A stretch of DNA of 63,332 nucleotides, filler included, from Octopus bimaculoides (lineage: Eukaryota): NCBI RefSeq assembly GCF_001194135.2. It is 5 parts of 4 records of this genome, joined end to end, with 100 filler letters (N's around TTAATTAATTAA, not from the genome) between each part and the next. Parts side by side here need not be neighbours in the genome. Positions count along the whole stretch, not along the records: positions 58,792 to 61,015 come from NC_068987.1; positions 61,116 to 63,332 come from NW_026394395.1; 3 more parts are not named here. One strand, written 5' to 3'. Below the pieces are notes generated by a model, which saw only the letters and a list, made by a program, of their open reading frames with translations, ran no database searches and had not been told where the DNA came from. The translations under genes and the position numbers were made by a program. Positions 60,028 to 63,332 of the stretch are shown here, piece after piece (the first letter of the stretch is position 1; each line of letters begins with the position of its first letter).

Positions 60028-61180
60028 CGCACAACAATTCATCCCCATAACGATAGCGGTTTCATTGAACTTATTCATTCAAAGAAGGATTGAACAAGAG
60101 TTCAGCGGTTGAATGCATTGTAGAAGATAAATACGCCGTTATGTGTTCATGCACTCGACTTTTGAAGACTTGTATTCTGCTAAGATGATTTCAATTTTCA
60201 CTCGAGGAAATTTGTTCTGTTTAAATAAGAAAAATGACTGCTGAAAAATATAAAAGTATTACCCAAATGTGTGGGTTTTGGCTTTGAGAATTGGTCATGA
60301 TTCCACCTTTACACATCAATCATTGAAATAAGAATATTTGTAGATTAATGCATTCATGTACTGTACGGATAAATAGGCGTTGTATCACCTGTATAATCCA
60401 TAAGTTTTGTGTGAGAAAGCTATATTGCTTGTGGGAAATGCTAATAAATGTGACATCTGTTTGAATATAATTGATTTTACCATCGTATTGTTTAATTTTT
60501 TAGCTGTTGCCCACATGCTTAATGTATCTTATTCATTTATATATTTATTTATCATCAGCATTATCATCATCATCATTGTTATTACTGTTGTTGTTGTTGT
60601 TATTGTTATTATTGTACATCCACATACATACACACACGCACACAAACATATATGTACATACACACACTCACCCATACACACACGCACGCACACACACACA
60701 CGCACACACGCACTCTCTTTCGCTCTCTCTCTCTCTCACTATATATATATATATATATATAAAGTGTAGTATATTGCCACTTAAGTGTGGCTGATCCCTA
60801 GGGGTGGATGTTACTGTTGCTTTTAGCCCCAGGAGGACATCTCCTCCAGCTGGCTTATCGACGCACGACTGTGTCCTGTTTGCCAAGGGAAGTTATCCCT
60901 CTCACCACGATCTGCAGCACGAACGGATCCGGATTTCAGGGTTATTTCCCTTCGTCGGTGTTCGATAGCCGCTGACCTTGGTGAGAGAGACAAAAACCTG
61001 GCAATCTTATATCTANNNNNNNNNNNNNNNNNNNNNNNNNNNNNNNNNNNNNNNNNNNNTTAATTAATTAANNNNNNNNNNNNNNNNNNNNNNNNNNNNN
61101 NNNNNNNNNNNNNNNTATATATATATATATATACATACAGGCATATGCATGTACGTACACATATCTATATCTATCTATCA

Positions 61181-61217
<37 letters not shown>

Positions 61218-61220
61218 ACT

Positions 61221-61299
<79 letters not shown>

Positions 61300-61659
61300 C
61301 GTGTGTATGTATGGACATAGATGTGAATGAATGTGTGTGTGTGTCTCCATACAATCATACATAAATACGTATAAAAACACATACATGCAGCTGTAGAATA
61401 ACAGAAACGCATGCTCACGTAGTACATTGAACCCCAAAATACACGCATACATAAACAGACATATACACACATACACATATACGTCTGACTTTCCATATCT
61501 CTTCCCCTTCACTTCCCCCCTTACTATGCTTCATCACAATCATATATAAAGTAATGCGAGTCAAACTATCTTATAATTAATGGATTTCCTGATCAATAAT
61601 CATCAACATTTGCTATTTTCGAAACGTTTTCTTCATATATTTATGTGTATATTGTTGTT

Positions 61660-61672
61660 GTCATTATTGTTA

Positions 61673-61740
<68 letters not shown>

Positions 61741-61775
61741 GTCATTATTATTATTATTAGTAGTAGTAGTAGTAT
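61660..61775. repeat. (TTA)n/(GTA)n microsatellite
   Basis: Direct reading. Confidence 0.95.
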
Positions 61776-62924
61776 ATTTTTTATTTCCTTCATTCACAGT
61801 TATCAATGACTATTTTTGTCGGTGAAAAATGGTATTTTATCATATTACTTAGTGTTAAATATCACATACTCACATATACATTATACACATACATACATAA
61901 ATACATACATACATATGTATATATACATCTCTCTCTCTCTCTCTCTATATATATANNNNNNNNNNNNNNNNNNNNNNNNNNNNNNNNNNNNNNNNNNNNN
62001 NNNNNNNNNNNNNNNNNNNNNNNNNNNNNNNNNNNNNNNNNNNNNNNNNNNNNNNNNNNNNNNNNNNNNNNNNNNNNNNNNNNNNNNNNNNNNNNNNNNN
62101 NNNNNNNNNNNNNNNNNNNNNNNNNNNNNNNNNNNNNNNNNNNNNNNNNNNNNNNNNNNNNNNNNNNNNNNNNNNNNNNNNNNNNNNNNNNNNNNNNNNN
62201 NNNNNNNNNNNNNNNNNNNNNNNNNNNNNNNNNNNNNNNNNNNNNNNNNNNNNNNNNNNNNNNNNNNNNNNNNNNNNNNNNNNNNNNNNNNNNNNNNNNN
62301 NNNNNNNNNNNNNNNNNNNNNNNNNNNNNNNNNNNNNNNNNNNNNNNNNNNNNNNNNNNNNNNNNNNNNNNNNNNNNNNNNNNNNNNNNNNNNNNNNNNN
62401 NNNNNNNNNNNNNNNNNNNNNNNNNNNNNNNNNNNNNNNNNNNNNNNNNNNNNNNNNNNNNNNNNNNNNNNNNNNNNNNNNNNNNNNNNNNNNNNNNNNN
62501 NNNNNNNNNNNNNNNNNNNNNNNNNNNNNNNNNNNNNNNNNNNNNNNNNNNNNNNNNNNNNNNNNNNNNNNNNNNNNNNNNNNNNNNNNNNNNNNNNNNN
62601 NNNNNNNNNNNNNNNNNNNNNNNNNNNNNNNNNNNNNNNNNNNNNNNNNNNNNNNNNNNNNNNNNNNNNNNNNNNNNNNNNNNNNNNNNNNNNNNNNNNN
62701 NNNNNNNNNNNNNNNNNNNNNNNNNNNNNNNNNNNNNNNNNNNNNNNNNNNNNNNNNNNNNNNNNNNNNNNNNNNNNNNNNNNNNNNNNNNNNNNNNNNN
62801 NNNNNNNNNNNNNNNNNNNNNNNNNNNNNNNNNNNNNNNNNNNNNNNNNNNNNNNNNNNNNNNNNNNNNNNNNNNNNNNNNNNNNNNNNNNNNNNNNNNN
62901 NNNNNNNNNNNNNNNNNNNNNNNN

Positions 62925-62958
<34 letters not shown>

Positions 62959-63332
62959 TGTGTATATATACGTGGTTGTGTATGTGTGTTTGTGTGTATG
63001 CCTCTGTGTGTGTGTGTGTGCGTGTGCATGTGCCTTTGTGTGTGTGTGCGCGCGCACGTTCATGATTTTGTGCTAAAATCTAAACGAAATGCCTTTTGAA
63101 ACATGATCGTGTTGTATGTGTATGACGTTGCAAGTGAAGTGAATACGAACATACTAACACACACAGACATAGTTAGCAACCGCATAAGAAAGAGTTACTT
63201 TGGAAGACGTGTACATGATATTTCTAAGCGATATGCCATCCTTCACTGTTTCAAATTTGCCACTGCGTTCACCATTGCATAACGCCAACTCAAGAATCAC
63301 AAAAGCGTTGTACACACACACACACACACACA

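Noticed and set aside
60780-60870. HDV-like or twister ribozyme
   Set aside because: A P1-like pairing (GGATGTT/GACATCT) exists, but P3, L3 and P1.1 could not be formed in the required order, and the twister motifs are incomplete.

Overview
AT-rich, microsatellite- and SINE-dense animal genomic DNA from a gapped draft assembly. The repeat families point to an octopus or other coleoid cephalopod, which is an inference. There are no prokaryotic features, no CRISPR array and no intact tRNA or rRNA gene. Most ORF-track entries are microsatellite or N-gap artefacts. The only confident host gene is two + strand exons of an adhesion GPCR: a GPS/GAIN exon at 50363-50512 and a TM1 exon at 54512-54624, joined in frame by a GT-AG intron. 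The rest is a mosaic of tRNA-derived SINEs, relics of RTE, R4/Dong and CR1-like LINEs, and Tc1, mariner, maT and hAT remnants. It also holds a Helitron/Helentron-like head-to-tail dimer, a possible solo LTR and scrambled 28S rDNA fragments. The best hidden signal is a roughly 317-bp element built from a tRNA-like head, an (AAT)n spacer and a tail carrying a minimal type I hammerhead ribozyme motif. The hammerhead occurs in three copies with an invariant core. A second, unrelated and decayed hammerhead family is present as an inverted pair near 57 kb. Repeat boundaries were estimated by eye and are approximate unless stated otherwise.
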